A stretch of 64,000 nt of DNA, taken from the NCBI RefSeq assembly GCF_009914755.1, contig NC_060941.1; one strand, written 5' to 3'. Positions 46,521-60,424 of this stretch are shown here, piece after piece; positions within the stretch are counted from its first letter, which is position 1; the number at the start of each line of letters is the position of its first letter. A model generated the notes under the pieces. It did not search any database. It worked only from the letters and a program-made list of their open reading frames with translations, and was not told the origin of the DNA. The DNA comes from the human T2T-CHM13v2.0 reference genome, Homo sapiens. Position numbers and translations under genes: made by a program.

Positions 46521-47920
46521 TGGATGTTCATTTTCTAAACAAACCACCTCTTTTGACTTTGGGGCTCCAACTATTCCATCTGCCTGGAATGCCGAACCTT
46601 GCTCCCACCCATACCTAGGAAAGTTTTCCTTAACTTTCAATGCTCAACATGAATGTCTCTCTTGCCCCACACCGTATTCATTGTTTCCTGGTGATAGTCA
46701 AAACCCATCCTTCAATAGCATTCACCATGAGGTAGTTGCCACATAAATGGTAATTTTACATATTTTAATTCATTTCATCCTCACCACAACACTTCAAGGT
46801 AAGTATTAGTATCATCCACACTTTACAGATGAGTAAACAGAGGCAAGGAGACATGAAATTACTTGCTCAAGATCACACGGCTAATGACTGATGAAGGAAG
46901 GCTTGAACCCCAGCCTCCTGGGTCCAGAAACCACTGTGCTATAGGCCACCGCATAGTGCTACCTTTTCTTTTCTTCCTCGATTGTAGAGAAATAGAGAAA
47001 AAAGAAAAACCAAAAAGGAAATCTTACCCACCAAACACCAAGCTCCTTGAATGCAGGAGTTGTCTTTTATTATTATAAGTATTACAATAGTCTAAGTATT
47101 ATTATTCAGTATTATTAATAGATCACTACATTAGTAGAAATTACAATTACTCTCACATATGTATGGATTATTCTCTCTGTGTGTGTAAATGCATTATCTT
47201 CTCTATAACTCAACAACCACAGGAGGACGTGTATTATTTTTACTTTATAAATAATCTGATTTATCTATAGGCTTTGTGAAGTTAACACCCAAAGTCACCC
47301 ACCCCTACCCTAAATTCTCCACTACTTAGCACAGTCAAGATGCAAAGTCAAGACTCAATGATCTGTTTGATTAATCTGAGTGTCTCATTGTAGGCCTCTA
47401 CATTTGAGTTCTAATACAACCTATTAATACAAGATTGCAACTTCCAATAACTAGGAGCTATTACCTCCCTACTATGTGCCAGGAGTTGTGCTGAGGGCTC
47501 CATTGGCATCAATTTGTTTATTCTCAAAACCCACTGGGGCAGGGCCCATTGTTTGACTCATTTTTCAGATGTCTCACAGAGACTCGGAGAGGTTGTGTGA
47601 TGTGCCCCAGGTCACAGAGCTGGCTAGAAGCAGGGCCAGTGGAGGAGCCCTGCTCTTTGGGGGCTGTGTTCCCAGGCTCTCTTCTACACTGAGAATAGAA
47701 GCACCAGAGACAGAGGTGGGGAGGGGATGGTGCGGGGCAGAGGGGAGGGGGAGGCTATGAGAAGCATTCCATCAGATACAACTTTCTCAGACATTTCAAC
47801 GGATTCCTCAGTCCCTGTAGGACCATATTGTCTCTACGGCAAATGATGACATGAACCGTCCAGTTGCTCCCAGCGACATCTTACTTCTGCTCCTTCCGGG
47901 CCCCTGCACAGGCCCCTGTG

Positions 47921-47939
47921 CATTCCTGGTGACGTCACC
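47921..47939. promoter_or_regulatory. TEAD motif (CATTCCT) abutting a perfect CRE in the 12-bp palindrome GGTGACGTCACC
   Basis: Motif match only; CpG retained. Confidence 0.4.
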
Positions 47940-48935
47940 CAGCTGTGCTCCCTCATCTCCCGAAGGAAGCTCTGTCACAGTCAGGAAGGGGGAGGGACGG
48001 GCGGGGGTGCAGAGGGATGGCACGGAGACAGGCCGCCTCTTGGCGCCTGAAGGAATGCGTTCTAGCCTGGCCGAGTTTGGGGAGGGTCCTCAAGCAGGTC
48101 ACTTCCTGATGATCAGAAGGTGGACGCTGGGGCCTGAAATGCCCAGGCTCGAGATGAAAAATAATCCAACTGAATAAATAAATCACCAAAGAGAGCAGCA
48201 ACCACTGTCTGCCAAGAAATTTAATCCTGAATGTGGAGAGAGTTGATGGGGGTTGGGGGACAGGGAGGGCTGAGGTTCTGAAAAGATTTAATTGGTGATA
48301 GGGCCCTAAGAATATGTAAATAGTCTCTTGGTTTCTGTCCTAAAAGGAGAAACAGATGCCAAGGACTCCAAGCTGAGCTTTCTTATGAAAATCACTAAGA
48401 CCCCAGAATGCCATTTAAAATGTATATAATTTGATTGTTATCTCCTATGGGGAAGGGCTCCTTGCTCAAAGTTTCCTTTTACATCAGCCCCCGCCCCCCC
48501 ATTGTAAGACTCAAGGCTCCATTTTCTGTCCCCCTTTCCCCCTTCCCCTCCTCCAAAGCCCTACAACCAGCTCCAGTTGGAGAAGGCAATGGAATGTTCA
48601 GTGTGGGGGTGTGCACTTTTAAGCTCTCAAAAGCCTGTGGCTAAACCTTTAACTCAAAGACAATAGAAATAAGGTTAACAATTTCCAAGTCCAGCCTCTG
48701 CTAAGAAATGTCCAGTGGCAAGGAATCAGTTCCCTGTTTCTCCCTGGGAAGCCAGTCCTATTAGTTTGGACATTACTGATTCTTAGACTGCTCCCCCATA
48801 TGTTGAATTAAATTTGTCTCCTTAAAACTTTTCACTTTTACTCCTTGGCATGACACAAACACAATGGATCATTCTTTCCCATGGCAAGCCCTTCTAGAAG
48901 TGCTCTGGGGGGTCAGATATATCGGTGAGCATGGT

Positions 48936-49355
48936 GTGGGAGGCTGAATATGCCCCCCAAAGCAATCCACATCCTAATACCCAGAACCTGTGGATCTGTT
49001 ACCTTACCTAGCAAAAGGCAACTTTGTAGATGTGATTAACATTTGTAATCAGTTATCTTGGACTCTCCAGGTGGGCCCAATATAATCACAAGGGTCCTGA
49101 TAAAGAGGGAGGTGGAAGGATCAGTCAGAGAAGGCCACGTGATGCTGGAAGCAGAGGTCGGAGGTCGGAGTATGCAGGACATGAGCCTCTAGAAGCTGGA
49201 AAGGATAAAGGGACAGATTTTCCCCTAGAGCCTTCAAAAGGAACACAGCCCTGCTAACTTATTTTGGACTTCTGACCTCCAGAACTGTAAGAGAATAAAT
49301 CCGTGTTGTTCGAAGCCACTAAGTTGGTGGCGGTTTGTTACAGCAGACTTAGGAT
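48936..49355 (+). mobile_element. MaLR solo LTR (MLT1D-like)
   Basis: 'tgtgggaggctgaat...ccagaacctgtg...ccaggtgggcccaatataatcacaagggtcct...tctgacctccagaactgtaagagaataaat...tttgttacagcag'. Confidence 0.88.
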
Positions 49356-49439
49356 GTTTTAACTCTATTACAGCACATGGGCCAGGTAAAAGACACATGT
49401 ATCTGTATACAGAACAACACATCAACCCAATTTGATTCC

Positions 49440-50070
49440 ACTCAAGGTCTTTGCACACGCTGTTCCCTCTGCCAGGAAAGCTCTTCCCCTAAATCGTCAC
49501 ACAGCTCCCTCCTTTCACCTCTGTGATTTCTGCTCAAGCTTCAGGTCCTCAAAGACCCTTTTCTGGATGCTCCATCTAAAATTGTGCCATGCATGTCACC
49601 ACCACTCCCTAGCTGTTCCAGTGTTTTTCAAACTGCAGGCTGCAATCCATTCCTAGACTGTACAACCTATCTAATGTGGCCCATAACCAGCATCTTCTAC
49701 AATAAAACAGAAGAGAAAATATCAGAACACATCATGTGTAATAAAGGTAAGTAGTGTTTCTTCACATTTTCATTTTTCTTTTTTGTATGCTTGTGTGTAC
49801 ATTGGGCTGCAGTGTAAAATCAGTTTCTTACTAGGAATCAAAAATTTTGACCTAATACATTACCCTGCTGAGTTTTCTTCAGAGCAGCGGATGTTATCTG
49901 AAACTCTCTTCTGTATATATTTATTCTCCATCTCCTCCAAGCAAACGTAATCTCCCTAAGAGACAGACTTTGCCTGTTCCTTTTTTCTTTGCTGCATCCC
50001 CAGCACATAGAACAGTGCCTGTACCCCATAGTCATACAATCAATATTTGTTGAACAAATGGATGAATGAA
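49440..50070 (+). mobile_element. L2 3' fragment with a nested hAT-Charlie MITE (about 49619-49852)
   Basis: L2 'tttgcacacgctgttccctctgccaggaa...atatttgttgaacaaatggatgaatgaa'; MITE starts 'cagtgtttttcaaactgc'. Confidence 0.7.
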
Positions 50071-50802
50071 TTAGTGAGCCCATGATTTCATGAATATTAT
50101 TGTTTAGGACAGAAGCAACATTTCTTAAAAGTGAGTAAATTTAAAGGAACATATTAAGTAAATAGTAATACAAGAGGTACCCAGTGAGGCAAAAATCATA
50201 AAGATGGGGATATTGAAATACTAAACTTGGGGACATAAATATTCCCTGCTCTTGTGGAACCTTCAAGCTAGCTGGTGAAACTAGCTGCAGAAGGGCTAAA
50301 GAAAGGACGAATCGTGTCCCAGAATGTTGGAGATCACGTCCGCCTCCTCTCGTTTCACCAATAAGAATGCCGCAGCCCAGAGGGCAGAAGTGACTTCTCC
50401 CAGGCCACAGAGCGGCCAGCAGCAGAAGTCACAGCAGAACCCCACGTCCCGCCTCCTGGGGACAAGCTCTCTCTCCTTTCAGCCCAAATGACAGCTTTGG
50501 GCACACTGAGTCTCAGTCAGTTTCCTTTCAACCCAAATGCATTTGGGCCCCTAACTCCAAAAATCCAGGGCAGGAAAGTCCATCCTAATTCTAGCCTCAC
50601 CCTCCCCACCCCCTGCTCTGTCCGGGAATTTACAGGCAATGCCATGTAGTAGAAAGATAGCCAGCTCAAGAATCAGACACAACTGGCTTCCAATAGGCCT
50701 GTGTCTATTCCTTATGAACCAGGAAGCTTAGGCATGTCTCTTAATCTCTCTGAGCTTCACTTTCCTCACCTGTAAAATGGAGCTTATAAATAAAATAGCT
50801 CT

Positions 50803-51154
<352 letters not shown>

Positions 51155-51559
51155 TCAGGAAATGTTGATTCTCTTATGCTTTCTGCCAAGAGTTTTATGC
51201 ATTATTATTGTGGTTTCATCTTTAACCAGTGCCCACAGAGGATGGACACTGTTCAGATGTCTTCACTGACAAGCCAGCCAGGAGGCATCATCTTCCAGTG
51301 TCAGCTCCAGGCACTCCGGAACAGCTGTCCCTGCAAGGGGAACTCTGTCCTCTGAGGTGGAGGGCACTCATTCCAGCGCGATGAGACACTAAAGCAACCA
51401 TGCAGGTGTCAGAACGTGAATGAGCTGCTCAGGAATGGTGACAGGCCCCCTTCCAGTGCGGAGGGTCTGATTTCCCCCTCCCTTTCCCACTAAGGTGCAG
51501 TCTAGCTGGAACCACAGGATGACTCCTGTGGGCTCCTTCCTTCATGAAACTAACATGAA

Positions 51560-51751
51560 CGCACGTATTTTACAACTGCCTTGGTATAGAGACAAAAGTC
51601 AATATATCATAAAACATTTTCTTTGACCTAAAAGTTCATTTTTTTTCTGATTTTAAAAGAAATTAAAATACATTCATGGGACCCTAAAACTATTCTTATA
51701 TCCTCTGAGCACTGTGCCTGTGTGTGGTACCCAAGGGATAATTTGGCCCTG
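51560..51751. mobile_element. hAT-Tip100-like DNA transposon fragment
   Basis: End 'gcactgtgcctgtgtg...gggataatttggccctg' resembles Tip100-class termini. Confidence 0.45.
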
Positions 51752-51829
51752 CTCCAGCCTCCCTTTGCTCACCTCTTCCACAGGGCAGGCCAGCTCTGTA
51801 TTGATCAACTCTGACTTAGAACATAATTT

Positions 51830-52125
51830 GTGTGTTGTTTTTGTTTGTTTGTTTACAGACAGGATCTTGCTCTGTTGCCCATCCTGTGGCACCATCATGG
51901 CTCACTGCAGCCTTCAATTCCTGGGCCCAAGCAATCCTCCCGCCTCAGCCTCCCCAGTAGCTGGGACTACAGGTGTGCACTACCATGGTTGGCTATTTTT
52001 TTTTTTTTCAGAGATGGGGTCTTTTTATGTTGCCTAGGCTGGTCTCAAACTCCTGACCCTGAACGATCCTCCTTCCTCAGTCTTCCAAGGTGCTGGGATT
52101 ATAGGTGCAAGCCACCGCACTGGGT
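51830..52125 (-). mobile_element. AluJ
   Basis: Full-length diverged Alu. Confidence 0.9.
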
Positions 52126-52240
52126 CTACCATTCTTTACAGTGAGAAAAACGTGTGTCCCTTGAGCTTCCACTGTCTTTGGCCCCAATCTTAAGTACAGA
52201 GAAAAGAAAGCTCCTGCTGTCCTGTAGGAGGTCAGCTGTC

Positions 52241-53038
52241 TGTAGTGGGTGGAATGGTGGCCCCCAAAGATATGTCCACGTCCCAGAACATCTGAATGTT
52301 GCCATATTTGGAAAAAGGGTCTCCAAAGATATAATTAAGTATCCCCATGTGAAATCATCCTGAGATTATCCAGGTAGGCCCTAAATCCAATGACAATACA
52401 TGTATAAGAAACACACAGAGAAGGCATGCTGGGAGAAGACAAGACGCTGTAAAGATGGAGGCAGAGACTGGAGTGATGCAGCCTCAAGCCAAGCAAGGCC
52501 TGCAGCCACCAGAGGCTGGAAGAAGCAAGGAAGGATCCCTGCCGAGATGGTTTGGATTTGCGTCCCCACCCAAATCTCATGTCAAATTGGAGGAGTGGCC
52601 AGGTGGGAGGTGACTGGATCACAGATTTCCCCCTTGCTGTTCTCATGATAGCGAGTTCTCACAACATCGGATGGTTTAAAAGTGTGTGGCACTTCCCCCT
52701 TCACTCTCTCCTACCGCCATGTGAAGAAGGTGCTGGGTTCCCTTCACCTTCCATCATGATTGTAAGTTTCCTGAGGCCTCCCAGTCATGCTTCCTGTTAA
52801 GCCGGTGGAACTGTGAGTCAATGAAACCTCATTTCTTCATAAATTACCCAGTTTCAGGTAGTTCTTTAGAGCAGTTAGCAGAGACTAACACATCCTGCTG
52901 GAGCCATTGGAGGGAGTCTGGCCTTGCCGACACCTTGATTTCAGACTTCTGGCCTCCTGAACTGTGAGGGAACAAATTTCTGTTGTAAGCCACTCGATCT
53001 GCAGTTATTTGTCACAACAGCCCTAGGAAACAAATATA
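52241..53038 (+). mobile_element. MLT1C-type LTR split by a nested MSTA/THE1 LTR (52543-52892)
   Basis: Outer LTR rejoins at 'aaggatccctgc|tcctgctggagcc'; inner LTR 'gatggtttggatttgcgtccccacccaaatctcat...actaacaca'. Confidence 0.88.
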
Positions 53039-53150
53039 TCGTCCATTCCACAGTGCTCCTGCCCCAGGCTCCTGCCTTGTGGAGCTGTAGAAAGAACAAG
53101 CGCTTCAAAGTAGGCTCTGAATCTGACTCTGCCAGTGAGTATCTGAGTAA

Positions 53151-53490
53151 ATTGTCCTACAAGGGATAAAAAAGTATTGAATTTTTTATTTCCATTTATG
53201 TAATTACAACTGACAATCTAGGCCAACATGTATCTCCTTGAAAAAGAAGGAAAATTAAAAGGAAAGATGACTTATAAGTCCAGAAACAAGAAAATGCAAG
53301 TGATATTTTCCAGAAGGGTCACATGAATTATCCCGTAAGTATAAGGTGAACATGTTGTTTGCACCAAGAGAGTCGCTGAGGTGGGAAAAGGCCAATGAAT
53401 AACATCATCTCTCAAGAAAAAAAAATGGTACAGTGCTCTATAGTGGCATAGAGATGTCCACATACCCCCCACAGAAACCCTGGCAAACCC
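53151..53490 (+). repeat. Local duplicated unit B, copy 1 (interrupts a MIR)
   Basis: Aligns to 55473-55800; MIR 5' part at about 53085-53135, 3' part at about 53491-53640. Confidence 0.92.
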
Positions 53491-54051
53491 TTGTGTGATT
53501 CCTAGAACCATACTTTTCTGTACCCTATTAACTCATATGTAAAATGGGGACAACTATCTCTACCTTACAGGGTTGTTTAGAGGATTAGAAATAATAACTA
53601 GAAAATGCCTAGCTCGGGTTTAACAACAGAGGGAATCATCAAGTCCTGTTGGGCTCCAGGAATTGAGCCGAACACAGGCCTCTTCCTTGCTCAGATTCCT
53701 GTGTAGCCTGGTCCTGACATTTGGGGACAAGATGGGATGCCTGGAGTTTTGAGGAGAGGAGCCAGCTCTAAAGGGAGTGAATTTGAGAAAGATTCCCAAC
53801 TAGGAGGCAGTGTTCATCTTGGCCAAAAGGCCTGGAGCATCCAGGAGTCCCCTTGGAAAAAACCTGGGGTCCACTTTCTTCCGAAAAATCAAGCAAACAT
53901 TTGATTCTTTTCAGATATTTTCTATTTGATTATTTAGACAAAGAGAATATGGGGAGTTGAGGGAAGAGAAGGAAGAGCATCTTCATGAAGTCCCAGCAGA
54001 AGGGTCAGACCCGCAAAGAGGCCACAGGATGGGCAGGACAACCTCAAGTGA

Positions 54052-54360
<309 letters not shown>

Positions 54361-54971
54361 TGAGGTTGCAGGGAAGAGTATAAAGAGCAAGAAGTCGTAG
54401 GGATTCCAGGTAGTTGGGAAAAGAAGATGGGAATTACCAGTCTGGGCAAAGAGACATAGGAAGGCTAAGAATCCAGGGGCCACAGGAGGTGGGAAATGTG
54501 TAGGATGCAAAACAGGCAGTCAAAAGTCCCAGATCCCAAAGGCCGCCCTGAGGGCACCTGAAAACACTCAGCTCAAGTCTGATCTTCGCCAGGCTGACCC
54601 CTCTCTTGCCTGGACCTCCCCTTCTAAGTAACCCCCTCGGGGCTCCTGAGGGTCCGAGGCTGATGGCTGCAGAAGTAGGAGGCACCTTGGAGCACCTACA
54701 AGTACAGAGATGGGCCAGGCAGACCTCAGCCTGTCAATCAGTGGAAGAGGTAGGTTTAAATCTAGGTACCCAACTCCAGATCCCATACTCTGAACAAGGA
54801 TACTGGGTGTTCCCTCCTCATCTATAAAATGAGGACAATAACACCTTTCTCACAGGCTGTTTTGGGAATTAGAAACAACCCACTCACCTTCCCTAGCACA
54901 TCCTAGACCATACACCAAAGCTTTCATCATGGCCAGTGGGACCATGCCTGGGCCACATTCCCATCAGTTTC

Positions 54972-55377
54972 TGCTATAATTTGGATATTTGTCCCCACCC
55001 AAATATCATGTTGAAATGTAATCCCCAATGTTGGAAGTAGAGCCTGGTGGGAGGTGTTTGGATCATAGCGGTGGATCCCTCATGCATGGTTTAGGCCATC
55101 CCTTTGGTGCTAAGTGTGCTCCTCTCCGAGTTCACAGGAGAGTCCAGTCATTTAAAAGCGTGCGACACCTCCTTCCCCGCACTCTCACTCTCTGGCTCCT
55201 GCTTTCACCATGTGAAATACCTGCTCCCTCTTCGTCTTCCGCCATGACTGTAAGCTTCCTAAGGCATTCCCATGCCTCCTGTAAAGCCTGTGGAACTGGG
55301 AGCCAATTAAAACTCTTTTCTTCATAAATTACCCAGTCACAGATACTTCTTTATAGCAACACAAGAACAGCCTCATA
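54972..55377 (+). mobile_element. MaLR solo LTR (MSTB-like)
   Basis: 'tgctataatttggatatttgtcccc...ggtgggaggtgtttggatcat...aaattacccagtcacagatacttctttatagcaacacaa'. Confidence 0.9.
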
Positions 55378-55472
55378 TTGTCTCCCAGGATGTCAATGGC
55401 TGGGCACTCACTTTGTTAATGCTGTGTTATACTCTCATTCTACTAAATGGTAATGCCTTTCCTATATCTCCC

Positions 55473-55800
55473 ATTGTCTTACACAGGGCCAAAAAATATT
55501 GATTTTTTAAATTTCCATTTATGCAATGACAACAGTCAATCCAGGCCAAAACATGCTTGAAAAATGAGGAAAATGAAAAGATGACTTATAAGTCCAGAAA
55601 CAAGAAGATGCAGGTGATATTTACCAGAGGGGCCACATGAATTATCCCATAACTATAAGGTGAGCATACTGTTTCCACCTAGAGAATCGCTGAGGTGGGT
55701 AAAGGTCAATGCATAATGTCATCTCTCAAGAAAAGAAATGGTACAGTGCCCTACGGTAGCATAGAGGGGCCCACATCCCTCACAGGACCCTGGCAAACCC
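55473..55800 (+). repeat. Local duplicated unit B, copy 2
   Basis: Shares 'gatgacttataagtccagaaacaagaa...cacatgaattatccc...tcatctctcaagaaaa...ccctggcaaaccc' with copy 1. Confidence 0.92.
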
Positions 55801-56234
55801 GAGTTCTTTAAAACTTGGCCCAGGGGCCTGTCATTGCACAGGCATTTTCCAGACAATCTATCCCCACCCAGTCCAGGTAAGGTAGAGGCTGGAAGGGAGC
55901 TGTGCAACTCACAGGCGAGGCCTCACTTCCTTTGAACCCCAAGAATCTGAAGATTTGGAATCAAGCAGACCTGGCTTCAAGTCCCTGGCTCTTCAACCTG
56001 TAACTGAGAACCTAGCTCCAATTATTTATAATAAATTCTCTGAGCCCTCAGTTGAATGGAGATGACAACTTTCTTGGGCTGTTTAGAGCCCAAATGAGGT
56101 GACTTGTGGAAACACAGTTTAGACAGATGGCAGGACTCAAGGACTGGTAGCTCTTATTTCAACAGGGCAAGCTTTTTTCCTGATCAAGTCTAGCGTTTCC
56201 CAGGCCGATGCTGTAAGACTATACGTTGGGCCAA

Positions 56235-56253
56235 CAGCACCACCTGGTGGTCA
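56235..56253 (-). promoter_or_regulatory. CTCF-binding motif
   Basis: Minus strand TGACCACCAGGTGGTGCTG versus consensus TGGCCACCAGGGGGCGCTA, in non-repeat DNA. Confidence 0.6.
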
Positions 56254-56987
56254 GTATAAGATCTGGCAAATCTCGCCCGGGGCTTCAGACCTAGTCTGGT
56301 CCTAGGGAGGCTGGCGTCACACACACAAAAAAAGACTGTCCCATAAAGAGGAACCTGGTTGAAAGAGGCCCCACAGTCAGGAAGGAAGCATAACCTGACC
56401 TATTTTCTTCCCTAAGAGAAGAAAACCTGGTAGTGTCCAAGAAACTGAACACTGGGTTCCATCCACCTTAGGTAAGACATTTCACTTCTCTGAGCTTCCA
56501 TTTCTTTATTTGTATAATGAAAACAATGATACTTTATTTGTAAGTATCAAAAATGAAATAAATCTAGGTCTAGTGGCAGGCATCTAGTGAACACTCATGG
56601 CAATTTTTTATGTTTAGGAAGCAACTGCATGTGTCTGATCCCTAAAAGCTTTACCTAATCTTTAGACAACATTATGTCTTGTGTGTTTGGGGCAAGTTTT
56701 CAAGAAGAAACACTCAGTAGCGAGCCCTCTCCTGGGCCCAGCTCCCTACCTCTGAAGCCACCCTCTGCCTCTGGGGCCACTGCTTCAGGGTCAGACCTGC
56801 TTGGGGAGCACCTGTGAGAAGCTAGGGTTCTCGGGCACTGGCAAAGAAGGAGATCACCCATTCATTCATTCATCTAACAAAAGCACTGAACATTTGAGAT
56901 ACAAGGATGGTTTTGACATGGCTCCTGTCCCCAAGGAGCTTGCATTCTAACCGAGACAGCAGAATAATAAAGAAATACTTAATTGCT

Positions 56988-57318
<331 letters not shown>

Positions 57319-58229
57319 AAGAAATATTGAATTGCGACAGGCCAGGTACTCTGACAGAAATGTGTACTGTTTAGAAAGATAGCACAGAGGAGAAAGTAGC
57401 CAATTCATCCTGGGGGAGTCTGATGGATCGAACATTTCAACAAACACAGGAAAGAACCTACCAAGCGTGGAGCACAATGGGAGGACCTGGAGATTCAAGG
57501 ATGAGTAAAACCCAATCCCTCGCCCAAAGAGGTTGTGGTCAACCCGGGTAAGGGAAAGATGCAGAGAGAACATGATGTGTGGTCTGGGACTGCAGGGGTG
57601 TTGGTTAGGGGAGCTTGAGGCAAAGTGAACAGCCTGAGCAAAGAAAGACTTAGAGTAGAGACGGAGCAGTGTCCACCAAGTGCCTTCTCCACACTCATCC
57701 TTTGTGTCTTCTGAGGTGCTTCCTCTGCTTTGGGATTCAGGAAATGCAATTTTTAAAATTCAATGCCATTTTTTAAGCCTGCTTATCCTCCACTCTGGTC
57801 CCTTTTCCCTGGGGTTGCAGATGTGCAAGGCCTGAATCACATCACCCAGAACATGCCCAGGCAAGCCCACTCCCTACTTATGTTGCCCTGGCACGGGCGA
57901 CACCTCCATCCCCAACCCCCTCGGTTGTGAATCCTCTCTCCAAGGTGAACTTCTCACCAATGGCCTGGGACAGCTTCCCCAAGTGTCTACACCACTGTCC
58001 TCCCTCAACCCCCAAACTACCTGAGGCTCCAGTGTCCTTCTGCCCTACCAGCTGGAGGAGGCTGGGATGGAGGGCCATGTTATAAGGGTGCTATGGTAGA
58101 AGAGGGGCCCACAGGTTCTAGGTGCCCTTGCTGATCAGTTCCAAGAGAAGTGAATGGAAACTACCACCCAGGCAGCTTCATTTCCTGAGAGCCTACTGTG
58201 TTCATTCACTCTTCAGTGGCAGCCGAGCA

Positions 58230-58440
58230 AGGCAATTAAGGGCTTAGGGCCTGGATTTCACATCCAAGTTGTATCACTTCCTGGCTGGGTGGGCTTGGAT
58301 AAGTCACTTCGACTCTCAGTGCCTCCATTTCTTTTTCTGTAAAGTGTAGACTAGGGCTTTTGTGAAGATTAAATAACATAAAGTACTTAGAAGGCTGCCT
58401 GGTACAGAGCAAGAGCTCATTAACCATTAGCTATTGTACA
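58230..58440 (+). mobile_element. MIR
   Basis: 'ttggataagtcacttcgactctcagtgcctccatttc...gtgaagattaaataa...cctggtacagagcaagagctca'. Confidence 0.85.
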
Positions 58441-58449
58441 ACAATAATT

Positions 58450-60050
58450 ATTTCTTGAGCATCTACCATGAGCCAGGACTGAAGCTGCAGCTGTGAACCA
58501 AAAAGACCTGGTCGAGAGACAAGCCATGAAAGTAAGACACAAATGTTGCTATAATCACCACTGTGATGGGCGTTATGAAGAAAATGGGTAGTATTAATGG
58601 AGAAAATAAAAGGAATAAAGAGAGGCAATGGAATTGTTAATATTTTGGGGGTAGTGAAATTTAAGCTGAGACCGAAAGGATGTGTAGGAATGAAATGAGG
58701 AGCTGTAGGAATGGATGCCAAGGTCCTGAGGCAGCCAAGAACACTGAGCCATCAGGAACTGGAGGGAGAGGGCCAGTGTGGCTGCCTTGCAGTGAACAAG
58801 AGAGAAAGGACCCTCCAGCTAGGGCTGGAGAGGCAGGTAGAAGTCGGCTGCACCTGGGCCCTAAGGCTCGAGGAAATGAGCACTTTACTCTCAGTCAGTG
58901 GGAAACCAGTGACGTGTTTCCTGACAAGGTATACTTTCACACGTGACTTAATTTACATTTTCAGAAGATCACTCTGCTGATTACCATAAGAATAGAACTG
59001 GGGGCATCAGAAGTGAAGTGATTATAAATAGGGAGGTGGCCAGGGCTAGTGCAGGGACACTGGAGATACACCTGCAGATATAATCAATGAATATGGTGAC
59101 AGAACAGATACCAGAGATAAGGGAGAGGGAGGATGAAGATCACATTTAACCTGGGGAGAGACTGAAGGAGGCACAGATGTCAAGCAAGACCAAGAATCAA
59201 CTTTAGAGATGCAAATGTGGAATTCCAAAGAAATGTACATTTAGGAGCAATACGTCTAAGAGTGAGAGCACATAGATTTCATGTCAAGTCATGGGAATGA
59301 ACAAAATTACTTGGGGAGAAATTATAGAGAGAGAATAGAAGTGGGATCAGGATTAAAGACTTCAACATTTAGAAAGCAAGTAGAGAAACAAGAACTGGCA
59401 AAAGAGATCGAGGAGAAGCCAAAGAGATAAGGAAAACCAGGAGAAACTCATGTTTCAAAAAGGAGGCAATGGGCCACAGGGTCTATAGCTACTTCCACGT
59501 TAAGTAAGATGAAGACAAATAAGAAGCTATTGGATGGGTATGTTGGCTGACGCCTGTAATCCCAGCACTTTAGGAGGCTTCAGCCCAGGCGTTTGAGAGC
59601 CAGCCTGGACAACATAGCAAGACCACTTTCTCTACTTTTAAAAAGACAGAGAGAGAAGGAGCCACTGTATTTGGCATCACGGCAGTTGTTGATGACCTCG
59701 GAAAGAGCAGCCTCATGGAGTGGCAGAGTGGATGCTAGATTAGACTGGGTGGGTACAGGGGCAGATGTGTGGGCAGTTCTGTGTAGCAGCTTGAGTCTGG
59801 CATGGGTAGGGAGTAAAAGAAGGGTAGTAGCTAGATAGGGATGGAAGGGGTCAAAAGCTGTTTTTCACCCCTTTAAAAAGTTCAAAAAATTCAGCAGTTG
59901 TTAGAGCACTGGCTGGGATGATCTATTAGAGAAAGCAAAAGAACAACACAGCAAAAGAGGGGATAATAGTAGAGAGAGGGCCTGAGAGGTCATATGGGGC
60001 TGGGTCCAGAGCACGTGTGGGCGGATGGGCCTATAAGGAGATAGAGGAGA
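58450..60050 (-). mobile_element. Long degenerate L2, with an Alu monomer (FLAM-like) at 59532-59645
   Basis: Antisense L2 motifs 'tttaagctgagaccgaaaggatg', 'ttttcagaagatcactctgctg' and 'gttgatgacctcggaaagagcag'. Confidence 0.75.
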
Positions 60051-60131
60051 AGCTGGTGGCCGATGGAGATAGGTCTGTCAAATTGAACTGTAGAGAAGTG
60101 AGACCCCAGCTCTGTGCAAGGCCCTTCTACA

Positions 60132-60424
60132 TTTTTTTTTTTTTTTGAGACGGAGTCTCGCTCTGTCGCCTAGGCTAGAGTGCAGTGGCGCGATCTTGGC
60201 TGCAAGCTCCGCCTCCCGGGTTCACCCCGTTCTCCTGCCTTAGCCTCCCAGGTAGCTGGGACTACAAGATCCCGCCACCATGCCTGGCTAACTTTTTGTA
60301 TTTTTCAGTAAAGACGGGGTTTCAACGTGTTAGCCAGGATGGTCTCGGTCTCCTGACCTCGTGATCCGCCTGCCTCGGCCTGCCAAAGTGCTGGGATTAC
60401 AGGCATGATCCACCGGGCCAGGCC
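60132..60424 (-). mobile_element. AluY inserted in a MIR
   Basis: 'gcaagctccgcctcccgggttcac', 'gtgttagccaggatggtctcg'; imperfect TSD ggcccttctacattt/ggtcctttcacattt. Confidence 0.93.

Noticed and set aside
53272-53511. Duplicated unit B as a pair of coding exons
   Set aside because: The frames I translated contain stops, and the open frame of copy 1 is interrupted in copy 2.
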